From: Sedimenticola sp.
GTDB lineage: Bacteria > Pseudomonadota > Gammaproteobacteria > Chromatiales > Chromatiaceae
NCBI RefSeq assembly: GCF_050289425.1
Contig: NZ_JBNKFS010000005.1
Coordinates: 88,475 to 152,474, forward strand
Length of the DNA stretch: 64,000 nucleotides
Reading direction: 5' to 3'
Shown: piece after piece, positions 38,042 through 52,055 of the stretch
Numbering within the stretch: the first letter of the stretch is position 1
Layout of the letters: every line of letters starts with the position of its first letter
Position numbers and translations under genes: made by a program
The notes under the pieces: generated by a model
Told to the model about the DNA's origin: nothing
Seen by the model: only the letters and a program-made list of their open reading frames with translations
Database searches by the model: none

Positions 38042-39332
38042 GCCTGTAGTCGATCAGACCCGCACCATTGATCGGGTCAATGCCACACTCAAACAGCGCT
38101 ATAACCGGGAGCGGCGCTTCCGTCGTTTTGGATTGGGCGCCGTTGTCCTGGGTCTGCTATTCGTCTGTCTGATGTTCCTGAACATCGTTACCCACGGTTA
38201 TAGCGCCTTTCTGCAGAGCCGTGTCTTGCTGGATATCGAATTCAGCCCCCAGGTCATCGATCCTTCCGCCGCACGCGATCCGGCCACCCTCTCTTCCGCC
38301 GACTATGCCGCACTGGTGAAAGCGTCGTTACGGGCGCGCTTTCCAGGCGTCAAGGGGCGAAGCGAAAAGCGTGAGCTGTACGGCATGATCAGTACCGGGG
38401 CGCCGTTGGCGTTGCGTGAACGGGTGTTGGCGAATCCGGATCTGATCGGTACCCGGCAGTCTATCTGGCTGCCGGCTGACGACGATATCGATATGTTGGT
38501 CAAAGGGCATATCGACCGAAAAGTGCCCGAGGCGCAGCGGCGTATCAAAAATCGCGTCCTCGCTTGGGTAGAACAGCTGGAAGCCGACGGTGCGATTGAT
38601 ACCTTTTTTAATTTGACCTTTCTGACCGGCGGCGACTCGCGGGAACCGGAGCTGGCCGGTATCGGCGGCGCCATCATGGGTTCGCTCTACACCTTGATCG
38701 TCACCTTGTTGCTGTCGTTCCCGATCGGCGTGGCGGCGGCGGTCTATCTGGAAGAGTTCGCCCCGCGTAATCGCTGGACCGATCTGGTTGAGGTCAATAT
38801 CAATAATCTGGCCGCGGTGCCTTCCATTGTTTTCGGTCTGCTGGGCCTGGCGGTGTTCATCAATTTCTTCGGTTTGCCGCGTTCCGCCCCTCTGGTGGGC
38901 GGCATGGTGCTGACCTTGATGACCCTGCCCACCATCATTATCGCCAGCCGTGCCGCACTGAAAGCGGTACCGCCTTCGATCCGCGAAGCGGCTTTAGGGG
39001 TAGGGGCCTCGCGCATGCAGACGGTGTTCCATCACGTGTTACCGCTCTCCATGCCCGGCATGCTGACCGGCACCATCATCGGTATGGCTCAGGCGCTGGG
39101 TGAAACCGCGCCGTTGCTGATGATCGGCATGGTGGCCTTCATTGTGGACATTCCCGGCAGTGCGCTGGATCCGGCCACGGTACTACCGGTACAGATTTTC
39201 CTCTGGGCTGACAGTCCGGAGCGGGCATTCATGGAGAAGACGTCGGCGGCCATTATGGTGTTGTTGGGCTTTCTGATCCTGATGAATGTGATTGCCGTAA
39301 TTCTTCGTAAACGTTTTGAACGCCGTTGGTAG
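38034..39332 (+). CDS. pstA: Phosphate ABC permease PstA
   Basis: NLAAVPSIVFGLLG, ALGETAPL. Confidence 0.95.
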   Translation: MNKPVVDQTRTIDRVNATLKQRYNRERRFRRFGLGAVVLGLLFVCLMFLNIVTHGYSAFLQSRVLLDIEFSPQVIDPSAARDPATLSSADYAALVKASLRARFPGVKGRSEKRELYGMISTGAPLALRERVLANPDLIGTRQSIWLPADDDIDMLVKGHIDRKVPEAQRRIKNRVLAWVEQLEADGAIDTFFNLTFLTGGDSREPELAGIGGAIMGSLYTLIVTLLLSFPIGVAAAVYLEEFAPRNRWTDLVEVNINNLAAVPSIVFGLLGLAVFINFFGLPRSAPLVGGMVLTLMTLPTIIIASRAALKAVPPSIREAALGVGASRMQTVFHHVLPLSMPGMLTGTIIGMAQALGETAPLLMIGMVAFIVDIPGSALDPATVLPVQIFLWADSPERAFMEKTSAAIMVLLGFLILMNVIAVILRKRFERRW

Positions 39333-39393
39333 CCGATGCGGCCGTTGGGATAACTATCCGTTGACCCGTTGAACAGACAGAGTAGATAGCTGA

Positions 39394-40299
39394 ATGCAGA
39401 ATAGGAGTGATCAAATGCTAAGTGTAACCTCAGATACCATGGGTGCCGTCACCGTCCCGGCGGGTGTGATTACCGCCGGATTCAGCCCGGTTGTCGATGA
39501 TGCGCGGGCGATCCGTGGCACAGTGGGGGATATTAGCGCCGCCGACCCGCGTATGACCGCGCGCCATGTCAACGTCTATTACGGCGATAAGCTGGCGATC
39601 AATAACGTCAGCCTGGATATCGGCAAAAACGAAGTGATCGCCATGATCGGTCCGTCCGGTTGCGGCAAGTCGACCTTCCTGCGTTGCCTGAATCGGATGA
39701 ACGATACCATCGATATCTGCCGGGTTGAGGGTGAAATCAAACTGGATGACCAGGACATCTATGACAGCAGTCTGGACGTGGTGCCCCTGCGTGCCCAGGT
39801 CGGCATGGTGTTTCAGAAGCCCAATCCATTTCCGAAATCGATCTATGACAACGTGGCCTACGGCCCGCGTATCCATGGATTGACCAGTAGCAAAAGTGAA
39901 CTGGATGAGATTGTCGAGCAATCGCTGTTGAAAGCGGGACTATGGGATGAGGTGAAGGATCGCCTGGAAGAGGTCGGTACCGGTCTGTCAGGCGGCCAGC
40001 AGCAGCGTCTCTGTATCGCCCGCACCATCGCCGTGGCGCCGGAAGTCATCCTTATGGATGAGCCCTGCTCGGCGCTCGATCCCATTGCGACCGCGCGGGT
40101 GGAAGAGTTGATCGATGAATTGCGGGAGCAGTACACCATTGCCATCGTTACCCACTCCATGCAGCAGGCGGCACGTGTCTCGCAACGTACCGCGTATTTT
40201 CATCTGGGCGAATTGGTCGAGGTGGGCAAGACCGATGATATTTTCACCAATCCCCGTCATCGCCTGACGGAAGATTATATTACTGGAAGGTTCGGGTAA
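39394..40299 (+). CDS. pstB: Phosphate ABC ATPase PstB
   Basis: [37 protein letters not shown]; start uncertain. Confidence 0.96.
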   Translation: MQNRSDQMLSVTSDTMGAVTVPAGVITAGFSPVVDDARAIRGTVGDISAADPRMTARHVNVYYGDKLAINNVSLDIGKNEVIAMIGPSGCGKSTFLRCLNRMNDTIDICRVEGEIKLDDQDIYDSSLDVVPLRAQVGMVFQKPNPFPKSIYDNVAYGPRIHGLTSSKSELDEIVEQSLLKAGLWDEVKDRLEEVGTGLSGGQQQRLCIARTIAVAPEVILMDEPCSALDPIATARVEELIDELREQYTIAIVTHSMQQAARVSQRTAYFHLGELVEVGKTDDIFTNPRHRLTEDYITGRFG

Positions 40300-40302
40300 G
40301 GT

Positions 40303-41031
40303 ATGAATGAGATGACCGACGGCCATATCGTCAGCAGTTATAACAAGGATCTCAACCATCTGCACCAGCTGGTGATCCAGATCAAAGATCTGGCCTGTAA
40401 GCAGGTGCAGGAAGCGGTACAGTCGCTGGAGGATGAAAACGTTGAGTTAGCCAGCGCGGTGATCGTCAGCGATCGTGAGATCGATGCCCTGGATATCAAA
40501 GCGGATGAAGAGATTATCCGTCTGATAGCGAAGCGACAGCCAATGGCCCGCGATCTGCGTGAGATCATGACGGTAGCGAAAATCGTGGGAGATCTGGAGC
40601 GCATCGGCGATCAGGCACGCCGCTTGGCGCGCCTGACCATCCGTTTTTATGACGGGGATGTGCCGCCTCCCAATAGTCACCTGCTGGATGATTTGAGTAA
40701 GATGGGGGCGTTCGTCAATCTGATGGTCGAGGATGCGGTGGCCGCTTTTGACGATCTGGATCTGAATTTGGCGCTGGATGTGATTCGTCGTGACGATGTG
40801 GTGTCGGATGATTTCCGTTCGGCGTTGCGGCGCCTTTCCACCTTTATTATGGAAGACTCACGCAGCGTCGGCCATATGGTGGATGTGGTGCTGGGGCTGC
40901 GCGCCCTGGAGCGTATCGGTGGGCACGCCAAGAATATTGGGCGTTATGTGGTCTTCCTGGTCAAGGGGAAAGATGTCCGCCACAAAACCATTGAAGCGGT
41001 AGAAGCTGAAATCACCTCCACACTGAAATAA
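40303..41031 (+). CDS. phoU: Phosphate signalling protein PhoU
   Basis: RQPMARDLR, DLERIGD, LERIGGHAKNI. Confidence 0.95.
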   Translation: MNEMTDGHIVSSYNKDLNHLHQLVIQIKDLACKQVQEAVQSLEDENVELASAVIVSDREIDALDIKADEEIIRLIAKRQPMARDLREIMTVAKIVGDLERIGDQARRLARLTIRFYDGDVPPPNSHLLDDLSKMGAFVNLMVEDAVAAFDDLDLNLALDVIRRDDVVSDDFRSALRRLSTFIMEDSRSVGHMVDVVLGLRALERIGGHAKNIGRYVVFLVKGKDVRHKTIEAVEAEITSTLK

Positions 41032-41160
41032 TCCTGCCTCGGCTTGGGGTATTACGATTTCCCCACTCTCCTCCGTCTGGCTCGGTCAGTTTTTACTGGC
41101 ATAGCGGTTCAATGCCGTTACACTTGGGTTGAACAGTCCTATCCAGCGGAGGAGAGAACC

Positions 41161-42135
41161 TTGAACAACGCAATACGTATCCACCAATATGGCGGCCCCG
41201 AAGTCCTGAACCTGGAACCGGTCGAGATCGGTGCGCCAGCGGCCGGTGAAGTTCGGGTTCGGCATACTGCCATCGGCCTTAACTTCATCGATGTCTACCA
41301 ACGCACCGGACTCTATCCGCTGGGCGATTTCCCCCAAACTTTGGGCATGGAAGCGGCGGGCGTGATTGAGACAGTCGGTTCTGACGTAGCCGATTTTGCG
41401 GTGGGCGATAGGGTGGCCTATGCCATGTCGTTGGGCGCTTACTGCAATGAGCGGCTGATGGGCGTGGAGAAACTGGTCAAGTTACCGGATGGGATCGAGG
41501 ACCGGACGGCCGCCGCCATGATGCTGCAGGGCATGACTGCGCGCTATCTGCTGAAAAGTTCCTACCCGGTGCAGGCTGGCGACAGTATCCTGGTAATGGC
41601 CGCCGCGGGCGGTGTCGGCACCCTGCTGTGTCAATGGGCCCGACATCTGGGGGTGACGGTAATCGGCTGTGTGGGCAGCCCTGAGAAGGCACAGTTGGCG
41701 CAGCAGAACGGCTGCCATCACACCATTCTCTATAAAGAGGAGGATGTAGCGGCCCGGGTGCGTGAAATCACCGGTGGGGAAGGGGTCGCGGCGGCGTATG
41801 ATTCGGTCGGGCAAGCGACCCTGATGGCGTCGCTGGATTCGCTGCGTCCCACCGGTACCTTCGTCAGCTATGGAAACGCCTCCGGTCCCATCAGCGATTT
41901 CAATGTCGGTGTGCTGGCGCAGAAAGGCTCGCTCTATCTGCAGCGCCCCACGTTGGCTACCTATATCCGCAATCGGGAATTGTTGAATCAGTGTGCCGGT
42001 GACTTGTTTGACGTGGTGCAGTCCGGAGCCGTTAAAGTGCGGATCGGCCAGACTTACCCGTTGGCAGAAGTTGCCCAGGCGCACCGAGATCTGGAAGCGA
42101 GAAAAACCACCGGTGCGACGGTACTATTGCCGTAG
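41161..42135 (+). CDS. qor: NADPH:quinone oxidoreductase (zeta-crystallin family)
   Basis: GGPEVL, GLNFIDVYQRTGLY, AAAGGVG, KGSLYLQRP; TTG start after GGAG. Confidence 0.92.
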   Translation: MNNAIRIHQYGGPEVLNLEPVEIGAPAAGEVRVRHTAIGLNFIDVYQRTGLYPLGDFPQTLGMEAAGVIETVGSDVADFAVGDRVAYAMSLGAYCNERLMGVEKLVKLPDGIEDRTAAAMMLQGMTARYLLKSSYPVQAGDSILVMAAAGGVGTLLCQWARHLGVTVIGCVGSPEKAQLAQQNGCHHTILYKEEDVAARVREITGGEGVAAAYDSVGQATLMASLDSLRPTGTFVSYGNASGPISDFNVGVLAQKGSLYLQRPTLATYIRNRELLNQCAGDLFDVVQSGAVKVRIGQTYPLAEVAQAHRDLEARKTTGATVLLP

Positions 42136-42241
42136 CGCCCATGCTTCCGCCGGATGGCGGATAGCTTGGCTCCTGTGCGGCGGTAGGGTCAGGATAGGCA
42201 CAAGGGTCAGCCCCGACGGATAGGACGGTGGATTCAACGTC

Positions 42242-42271
42242 GGGACAACCCCCCTGTGGTTGCCCGGTTGG
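42242..42271 (+). repeat. Degenerate REP-like element (copy 2)
   Basis: GGGACAACCCCCCTGTGGTTGCCCGG imperfect palindrome between convergent genes. Confidence 0.4.
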
Positions 42272-42296
42272 TGTACGCTGATGCCGGCGCCCATCC

Positions 42297-43478
42297 TCAT
42301 GATTTCGGTAGGCTACGGCGCAGTATCAGGTATCCTAGCAAGCCGGACGCCAATGAGCCGACAATAATACCGAGACGGTCATCGAAGATGAGATTGATAT
42401 CGGTCTCTTCAAACGCCAGCGAGCCGATAAACAGACTCATGGTGAAGCCGATGCCGCAGAGCGCCGCGGTCCCGTAAAGCGACAGCCAGGAGATCCCCTG
42501 AGGCAGGCGCGTCAGACTCATCTTGATCGCCAACCAGCAAAAGCCGAACACCCCCAACTGTTTGCCGATGAACAGACCCAGCGCGATACCGACCGGTACC
42601 GGATGTAGCATCTGTGCAAGGCCGATACCGGAGAAATTGATGCCGGCATTGGCGAAAGCGAAGATCGGTAGAATCCAGAATGCCACCACGGAATGCAGAT
42701 CATGCTCCATCTCCTTAAGCGGAGAGTGTTGCGGATGACTTTTTGATTTCATGGGGATAAACATGGCGAGTATCACGCCGGCCAAGGTGGCGTGTACACC
42801 GGATTTCAACATCGCCGCCCACATAACCACGCCGACCAGCAGATACAAGCTCTTTGATTCCACCTGACGTCTGTTAAACAGCAGCAGTAGAGGAATGCAG
42901 CAGGCTACCACCAGCAGTGAAAACAGGGATATTTTAGCCGTATAGAAGAGGGCGATGATCAGGATGGCGCCGATGTCATCGAAGATCGCCAGTGACGTCA
43001 GAAAAATCTTGATCGAGTTGGGAACGCGTGATCCGAGCAGTGTCAGTACCCCCAGCGCAAAGGCGATATCGGTTGCGGCCGGTATCGCCCAGCCTGATCG
43101 GGTGACGTCGTCACCCAGGTTGAAGAAGGTGTAGATGGCCGCGGGTATGGCCATACCGCCGAGGGCGCCGATGCCCGGCAGGATAATGTTGCGCCGATCG
43201 GCCAGTTCGCCATCAATCAGCTCGCGCTTCAACTCCAGTCCCACAAGGAAAAAGAAGACCGCCATTAAGCCGTCGTTGATCCACAACAGTAGTGGTTTGG
43301 CGATTTCAAATGCGCCGATGCGGATGGCCACAGGCGTATCAAGGATGAGTGAATAATAGGTTTGCAGTGGGGTATTGGCGCAAAGCATCGCGAAAACGGC
43401 TGCACACATGAGGATGATGCCACTGGCAGATTCGAGTTTAAAGAATCCGGAGATGAAGGTTTCTTGTGGTTGACTCAT
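42297..43478 (-). CDS. nhaA: Na+/H+ antiporter NhaA
   Basis: WINDGLMAVFF, GWAIPAATDIAF, LAIFDD, KSGVHAT, GIGFTMSLFI. Confidence 0.97.
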   Translation of the reverse strand: MSQPQETFISGFFKLESASGIILMCAAVFAMLCANTPLQTYYSLILDTPVAIRIGAFEIAKPLLLWINDGLMAVFFFLVGLELKRELIDGELADRRNIILPGIGALGGMAIPAAIYTFFNLGDDVTRSGWAIPAATDIAFALGVLTLLGSRVPNSIKIFLTSLAIFDDIGAILIIALFYTAKISLFSLLVVACCIPLLLLFNRRQVESKSLYLLVGVVMWAAMLKSGVHATLAGVILAMFIPMKSKSHPQHSPLKEMEHDLHSVVAFWILPIFAFANAGINFSGIGLAQMLHPVPVGIALGLFIGKQLGVFGFCWLAIKMSLTRLPQGISWLSLYGTAALCGIGFTMSLFIGSLAFEETDINLIFDDRLGIIVGSLASGLLGYLILRRSLPKS

Positions 43479-43705
43479 ACATTACCTGTTATTTGCTGCC
43501 AATCCTTGAAGGTCCATTGTTCAGTAAACTGTATCGCAATGACACCGGTTATTCAGCTTACGACAATTTTTTACACAATTCCGCATCGCCTTCATTCAGG
43601 AGCGGTGCCTGGCCTGTTGAGTGGGAGGGTGTGTCGATAGACACGGGTCACGGGGCTGTCAGAAACAGCGCTCGTGACCCGTTGTGAGTGGATAAGGGGT
43701 CGAGG

Positions 43706-44602
43706 TTATGCCGTTTTTCTGGAAAACAGCTTTTTGATCAGTACGCCGGCACCCACCAGAATAATGACGCCGAACTTCTTTAGAAATATCAATCCTGCTG
43801 CCAGCAAGCCTGTTTTGGCGATCACTTTCCCCGCGACCAGTGCGCCAATGCCGTAGGCGGCCACTTTATCCAGGCTGGGATCGAAATCGCTGTAACGGGA
43901 GCCGGTATCAAAATTGGCCATGGTCAGTACCGAACCCAGTTGGGATTCAATCATTTCCCGCTGGTCCATGCCGGCGATGAAGTTGAGTACCAGTACGCCC
44001 TTTCTACCGAGTATCCGTATGTTGTAATTTAGGGTGTGGAGCGCTTCGTCGCCGAATTTCAGTTCCTTTGCCCAGTGCAGCTTGTGTGATGATTTGTCAT
44101 AGTAGGGTGTGGCGGCCCAGCCGATCAGCTCGATGGATTCATAGCCTTGTCTGATACGCGCCTTATTCTCTTCCCGGGTTGATTCCTGCATCTGTTGCAA
44201 CAGTTCTTGGTAGTCGATATTGTCCGCATCCTCATCGGAGACATAGCCATCCTCTTCGTAGCTGATGGTTACGGCCCAGGAGTCGCCATCAAAGGGTGAC
44301 GAAGCCGAGGGCAGGAGCATGCCGAGTGTCTCCTTGCCGGCGCCGGGTGGGTTGTTCCACACATCCACCAGAATTTTTTCTGCATCGTCGGGATTTAAAT
44401 AATAGAAATCGTCAGGGACCTGTAGGCTAGCCACTTTGTTGGGGAGTTGGATATTTCCCTGCTTTCTGTCCAACGATTGCCAGAGATTCTTTGCCCAACT
44501 CAGATATTGTTCCTGCTCTGCCGACAGTGTCTCTTCCTTACTGAAAGCGGTACCGGTGAATAAAATCAACAGACAGGAAAGGGCGATGGTGATGGCTCGC
44601 AT
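43706..44602 (-). CDS. DUF2167 membrane-anchored protein
   Basis: GYVSDEDA, GWA..PYYD...HKLHWA, LNYNIRILGRKG, DKVAAYGIGALV. Confidence 0.85.
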   Translation of the reverse strand: MRAITIALSCLLILFTGTAFSKEETLSAEQEQYLSWAKNLWQSLDRKQGNIQLPNKVASLQVPDDFYYLNPDDAEKILVDVWNNPPGAGKETLGMLLPSASSPFDGDSWAVTISYEEDGYVSDEDADNIDYQELLQQMQESTREENKARIRQGYESIELIGWAATPYYDKSSHKLHWAKELKFGDEALHTLNYNIRILGRKGVLVLNFIAGMDQREMIESQLGSVLTMANFDTGSRYSDFDPSLDKVAAYGIGALVAGKVIAKTGLLAAGLIFLKKFGVIILVGAGVLIKKLFSRKTA

Positions 44603-44774
44603 GGGTCACTCCTTGACGAGGTCGGGATTGATGGGATGGGGATAGATTCTGCTTTATTCTCTGTTACCCATCCAGATTGTTTAACTGTACGGTGGTATGG
44701 CCGCGGTAATGGCGGTTGCACCTACTTGTCTCAGGTTATCAAAGATCGCTTGTTTAAAATAGGGTATTTATCCG

Positions 44775-45698
44775 TCAGCTTTCCCGAGGGCGGCGCTTCT
44801 GTTTTCTTGCCGCACGTTTGGCGGCTTTTTCGGCTTGAATGCGAGCGGTCTCTGCGTATTCCCGCTCCATCATTTCCGGTGTCTCCAGCGTAATGCGGCC
44901 CAGGTGGCCGGCGCGCAGTTCGGTAAGCAGCAGCTTGCTGGCCTTTTCCATGTCAATCTGGCCACCGCCACGCAGGCAGCCGCGCTTTCTGCCAATCTGT
45001 TCCAGCAGCTCTTGTTCGGTCTCCGGAAGCGGCTCGAGTCGGTAGCGGTTTTTCAAGTTGTCGGGATAGGCGGCGAGCAGATATTCGGCGGCAAAATGGG
45101 CAACGTCATCATTTTGCATGGCGGTCTCCTTGATGGCGCCGGTAGCGGCAAGCCGATAGCCGCTGTTGCGATTCTCGATATTAGGCCAAAGTACCCCCGG
45201 GGTATCTGAAAGGGTGATGCCATCACCCAGGTTGATACGCTGCTGTGCCTTGGTGATGGCCGGTTCGTTGCCGGTCTTGGCGATGATACGGTTTGCCAGG
45301 ATATTGATCAGGGTGGATTTTCCGACATTCGGGATGCCCACAATCATGGCATGAATCCCCTTCAGACTCTTTGCCTTGGCCGGAAACAGGCGTCGGCAGA
45401 GTTCCGGGATCTGCTTCAGGGTGGTTGGCTGTTGGCAACTGATGGCCAGGCTTTTCACACCCTGTTCCTGCTCCAGATAGTGTTGCCAGCGTTCCGTCTG
45501 AACCGGATCAGCCAGGTCGCTCTTGTTCAGTACCTTGATGCAGGGTTTATCGCCGCGCAGGGTGGAGAGCATCGGATTGGTGCTGCTGGATGGGATGCGT
45601 GCGTCCAGGACCTCGATGATGACATCGACATGGGGCAGCGTCTCTCTGATCTGCTTGCTGGCCTTGTGCATGTGGCCCGGATACCACTGAATCTGCAT
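44775..45698 (-). CDS. ylqF: Ribosome biogenesis GTPase YlqF/RbgA
   Basis: IQWYPGHM, DARIP, NKSD, GIPNVGKST, DTPG (circularly permuted GTPase). Confidence 0.95.
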   Translation of the reverse strand: MQIQWYPGHMHKASKQIRETLPHVDVIIEVLDARIPSSSTNPMLSTLRGDKPCIKVLNKSDLADPVQTERWQHYLEQEQGVKSLAISCQQPTTLKQIPELCRRLFPAKAKSLKGIHAMIVGIPNVGKSTLINILANRIIAKTGNEPAITKAQQRINLGDGITLSDTPGVLWPNIENRNSGYRLAATGAIKETAMQNDDVAHFAAEYLLAAYPDNLKNRYRLEPLPETEQELLEQIGRKRGCLRGGGQIDMEKASKLLLTELRAGHLGRITLETPEMMEREYAETARIQAEKAAKRAARKQKRRPRES

Positions 45699-45931
45699 GT
45701 TGGTTACCTGTTGCCGTGAGTGCGAACTTTTTCAGACACGCTTTGGCGGGGCAGTATACCGGAGTTTGGCAGCGAAGGTGGATGGTCCATTGGCTGGGCG
45801 GGATTAAGCGGGGTGATGTGGGAGCGTCATTCGGGGCTAGGGCATCGACCGCCGCCACAGGCTCTAGCCCCACTTTGTGGGGCGATTGCTAACAAAACCT
45901 GACACTTCGATGCGCCGGTTTTCTCCGTCAA

Positions 45932-47725
45932 TCAATCGCGCTCCAACAGTCGTTCCGGAGTGAAGCCGAGAATAAATGCACCCCAGTGCTTGCCGTTGAT
46001 ATAGAGCGGCAACGACAGGTCGTTCAAGACTTCGCCGGTGTCGCGAATATAGGTTTGTAGCAGGAACGGTTCGGTATTGGCCGCACGGCGGACTTCGGCA
46101 CGGTTGTTGTTGTAGATCTTAAGGTGGCGGCTGTTAGGGTTATCGATTTCGAAGTTGCCGGTCATCGGTTTGGAAAGGTGGCTGTGATGTGCCGGCAGGT
46201 ATCCGTTTTTATCTACCGGTACCGCATAAATGAATTCCGGTCGCGCCTTGATATAACTATCGATCATCGGCTGTATGATCTTTTCGTAAGCCGATACGTA
46301 AGGCACTGTATATTTCTGTGGGTTGGTATTTGGGACAGGTTGGTAGTTGGTGTCAAACAGGTTGACGCCGCTGCCGGCCAACTCATTGAGCGCCTGCTGG
46401 ATCTGGTTGGCCCAGTCCCGGGCGGTCAGGATCATGTTCTCGAATCCGCCGCGACCGATGATGAAGCGTGACAGCAGCTCCTGGGTTTGCTCGGTAGCGA
46501 CTTCCAGCTCATCGGAATAGGTCTGCGATTCATCCATGTCGGCCTTGATGCTCTTACTCAGCTCGGCGATTTCACTGACGTTGCGATGGGACTCCTTGTT
46601 GGTAATGGAGAGTTCTTCGATAGCGGCGCTGATCTCGATGAGCTGGGAGTTGACAGAATCGAAATCGCTGACCATCTTGCGGAATTGGGAAGCGGTGTCG
46701 CCGATCACCGTCTGGGTATTGCTGGTGTAGCTCTGGATCTCCTGGGTGCCCTTTTTGGTGCTCTCCACCAGTTGCGACATTTCACTGATATTTTTACTGA
46801 TTTCGCCGGTAGCACTGTTGACCTTGTGTGACAGGTTACGGACTTCATCCGCCACCACGGCAAACCCGCGTCCATTTTCACCGGCCCGTGCCGCTTCGAT
46901 GGCGGCGTTCAGCGCCAGCAGGTTGGTCTGGTCGGAGAACTCTTGCACCATGGTGAGTATGGTGCGGATATTTTCCGAATTTTTGCTTAGCAGGTTGACG
47001 GTGTCATTGAATCCGTCCAGCAATTTGCCGACAGCCGCTACTTGCTCCGTCACGGTATTCAGGCGCTCCGATGAGGCATTGGCCTCTTCGAGGTTGGCGC
47101 TATTCTGTTCTGAGATGGTGTTGGTGTGACGGGCTATTTCATCGATGGCACGGGTCGCTTCGCTGCTGGATTGGAAGACCTGGGTCGCGTTCACTTCCTG
47201 CTGATCCACCCGGGCATGGGCGGAGTGGATCATCTTGTCCAACTTGGTGGAGCCCAGTGCGACACTGACGGTACGACGTCGGGTTTTGTCGATAATATTG
47301 CGCAGATTTTCGGCAAACTGGTTGTAGCTGTTTGCCATCTCGGCAATTTCATCCTGTGTGGTGATCGGCAGGGTGGCCGATATATCGCCGTCCTTTTCAG
47401 TGATGCCGCGCAGGATATCGGTAATACCCTGTATCGGGTGCAGAAACAGGTGACGCATATAGAACATGATGCCGATGGAGGCGATCACACTCAGTAGGGT
47501 GACGGCGCCAATCATCATCAGGTGGTTATCGAGTTGCAACATGAGCTGTTTGGTGGTGGCGGCATCCGGCGTTCCACGCTCGAGCAGGGATCGGCTGCTT
47601 TGAATGTGGCTGTACACCAACCCGGCTGTGAGGAGTTGAAACAGCAGCAGGAACCCCACATTACCGACGATCTTACGGGTGAGTGTGAAGAAAAAACTCT
47701 TTTCGATCTGGGTATATAGGCTCAT
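45932..47725 (-). CDS. Methyl-accepting chemotaxis protein with C-terminal extra domain
   Basis: Two TM segments, [36 protein letters not shown]-terminal [13 protein letters not shown]. Confidence 0.93.
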   Translation of the reverse strand: MSLYTQIEKSFFFTLTRKIVGNVGFLLLFQLLTAGLVYSHIQSSRSLLERGTPDAATTKQLMLQLDNHLMMIGAVTLLSVIASIGIMFYMRHLFLHPIQGITDILRGITEKDGDISATLPITTQDEIAEMANSYNQFAENLRNIIDKTRRRTVSVALGSTKLDKMIHSAHARVDQQEVNATQVFQSSSEATRAIDEIARHTNTISEQNSANLEEANASSERLNTVTEQVAAVGKLLDGFNDTVNLLSKNSENIRTILTMVQEFSDQTNLLALNAAIEAARAGENGRGFAVVADEVRNLSHKVNSATGEISKNISEMSQLVESTKKGTQEIQSYTSNTQTVIGDTASQFRKMVSDFDSVNSQLIEISAAIEELSITNKESHRNVSEIAELSKSIKADMDESQTYSDELEVATEQTQELLSRFIIGRGGFENMILTARDWANQIQQALNELAGSGVNLFDTNYQPVPNTNPQKYTVPYVSAYEKIIQPMIDSYIKARPEFIYAVPVDKNGYLPAHHSHLSKPMTGNFEIDNPNSRHLKIYNNNRAEVRRAANTEPFLLQTYIRDTGEVLNDLSLPLYINGKHWGAFILGFTPERLLERD

Positions 47726-48113
47726 GGTTTGTCTCTGACTTGTTATAGTAATTCGGTTCTTTCCTAGTCCTGGCCCCGCATTGCTAAACAGCTTCCTTAA
47801 CAAGAGGCCGTCCGTATACGCTTCCCGCTACCGACCCTCTGCGCCTCATGTTCATTGAGGTTGTCGGGCGCATGAACTAATACTTTAATTGATGCGACCA
47901 TTAAACCAATCTTTCGGTTTGGGATCGACTGATGGAATTGTCCATGAGAGTGGTGCGCCTGCTAGGGAGATTTTAGCCGGTATATCCGGCTTGATTGACT
48001 ATACTTTAGACCTAAGAGGTACAGTTCTGGGAAAAAAGAAGAATGGTGGTCATCTCGGTCCCCATTGATCCGCGTGACCCAGTTGCTTGTGCACGTTAAA
48101 AAGCCCGACACAA

Positions 48114-48712
48114 TGGCACGGCATGGCATGAATGATCCTTTCCACAGTCTCCAGCTTGATCCGGGTTCCCGCGCCCTGGGTGTGGCGCTAGGCGAGCGGG
48201 ATCGCTATACCCACTATCACTCCCGTCGGGTGGCCGGTATTTCACGGCTGATCGGCTTGGCCTGCGACCTGGGGCTGGCCGAGCTTGCCGCACTGGAACT
48301 GAGCGCGTTTTTTCACGATATCGGAAAAATAGGCATCCCGGATCATATCCTGCTAAAGCCGGATGGTTTTACTGAAGAGGAGATGGCGGTGATGAAGCAT
48401 CATCCCGTCAAAGGAGAGGGGATTGTCAAGGAGCTTGGGCTGGAGGACGGTGATTTGGTGGCGCGTGTGGTGCGGCACCACCATGAGCATTTTGATGGAG
48501 GGGGTTATCCGGACGGGCTTCAGGGCGAGGCGATACCGGTACTCTCCCGTATCATTTCCGTGGCTGACAGTTATGACGCCATGACCAAGACCCGCCCGTA
48601 TCATGATGCCCGCCCCAAGACGGAGGCGCTGGATATCATGTTTAGCGAAGCGGGATCAAAGTTGGATCCCTATCTGGTGCACAAGATTCAACATTTGGCT
48701 GAAGTTGGGTAG
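48114..48712 (+). CDS. Stand-alone HD-GYP cyclic-dinucleotide phosphodiesterase
   Basis: HSRRV, HDIGKIG, HHEHFDGGGYPDGL, ADSYDAM..RPY; start uncertain. Confidence 0.9.
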
Positions 48713-48717
48713 CGGTA

Positions 48718-49667
48718 TTATTGATCGCGTAGGGCGATACGGTTGCGGCCGGCCGCCTTCGCCTCATAGAGCGCTTCATCGGCCAATCGCAGCAAGGTGG
48801 TGATGGTATCCGCGGGTAAACGCTTTTCATCCGTTGTGGCGACGCCGATGGTTACGCGTAGCTGAAAGGGTTTGCCCTGTTTCGGTATCGGGTTGGTACA
48901 AACTGCCTCCTTAAGGCGTGTCGCCGTGAGCAGTGCGGTTTCTGTGTCGCAGTCGGGCAGCAGAATAACAAACTCATCCCCGCCAAAACGCGCAATGATA
49001 TCGGTACGACGCAGGCCCAACCGACACACAGAGACCAGATGGCAGAGTGCGGCGTCACCAGCAGAGTGACCGTGGCTGTCGTTGATCTCCTTGAAGTGGT
49101 CGACGTCTATCATCATCAGTGCGACCGGTGAACGGTTACGCTGGGCACGGGAGAGTTCCCGTTCGGCCAGTTGGAAGAAGTGACGCCGGTTGGCGACCCC
49201 GGTAAGGGCGTCTGTCGTGGCCATCTCCTCCATCTGCGCCAGTGATTCGTTGAGCCGGTCATCTGCCCAGATAAAACGCTTTCCGACCAGGAGTCGGGCG
49301 CGGAGCTCAGCCGGACTGGCCGGTTTGGTTAAGAAATCGTGGGCTCCCTGTTCAAGCGCGTAGACCAGGGAGGCTTCATCTGTTTTGCTGGTGAGCAGAA
49401 TGGTGTAGATGAGCGGACCGTCTGTTCGATTTTGCAGGTCCTGACAGATTTCTACGCCGCTCATTTTAGGCATCACCCAATCGATAATGGCGATACGTGG
49501 TGGCTCAGGTTGGTTGAGAATTTCCCAGGCGCTATCGCCGCTGTCCGCCTCTACGGTTTCGTATTCCCATCCCTGCACCATCCGGGTTAGCAGAGTGCGT
49601 GGGATGCGCTCATCGTCGGCGATGAGTACCCGCATCGGTCTGACTGTTTCCGATAAGGATTCCACGC

Positions 49668-49671
<4 letters not shown>
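48718..49671 (-). CDS. REC-GGDEF diguanylate cyclase
   Basis: REC (ADDE, DWVMP), DALTG, RRTD I-site, RFGGDEF. Confidence 0.93.

Positions 49672-52051
<2,380 letters not shown>

Positions 52052-52055
<4 letters not shown>

Noticed and set aside
33254-41031. pho/pst genes as part of an arsenic island with the AioX-like cluster
   Set aside because: They are separated from the cluster by the tRNA, rep and LOG genes and look like the core phoBR-pst locus; proximity may be coincidental
43643-43682. Hairpin upstream of nhaA as an nhaA-I/II riboswitch
   Set aside because: No conserved riboswitch nucleotides recognised; it lies about 25 nt after the DUF2167 stop and is more simply a terminator-like hairpin
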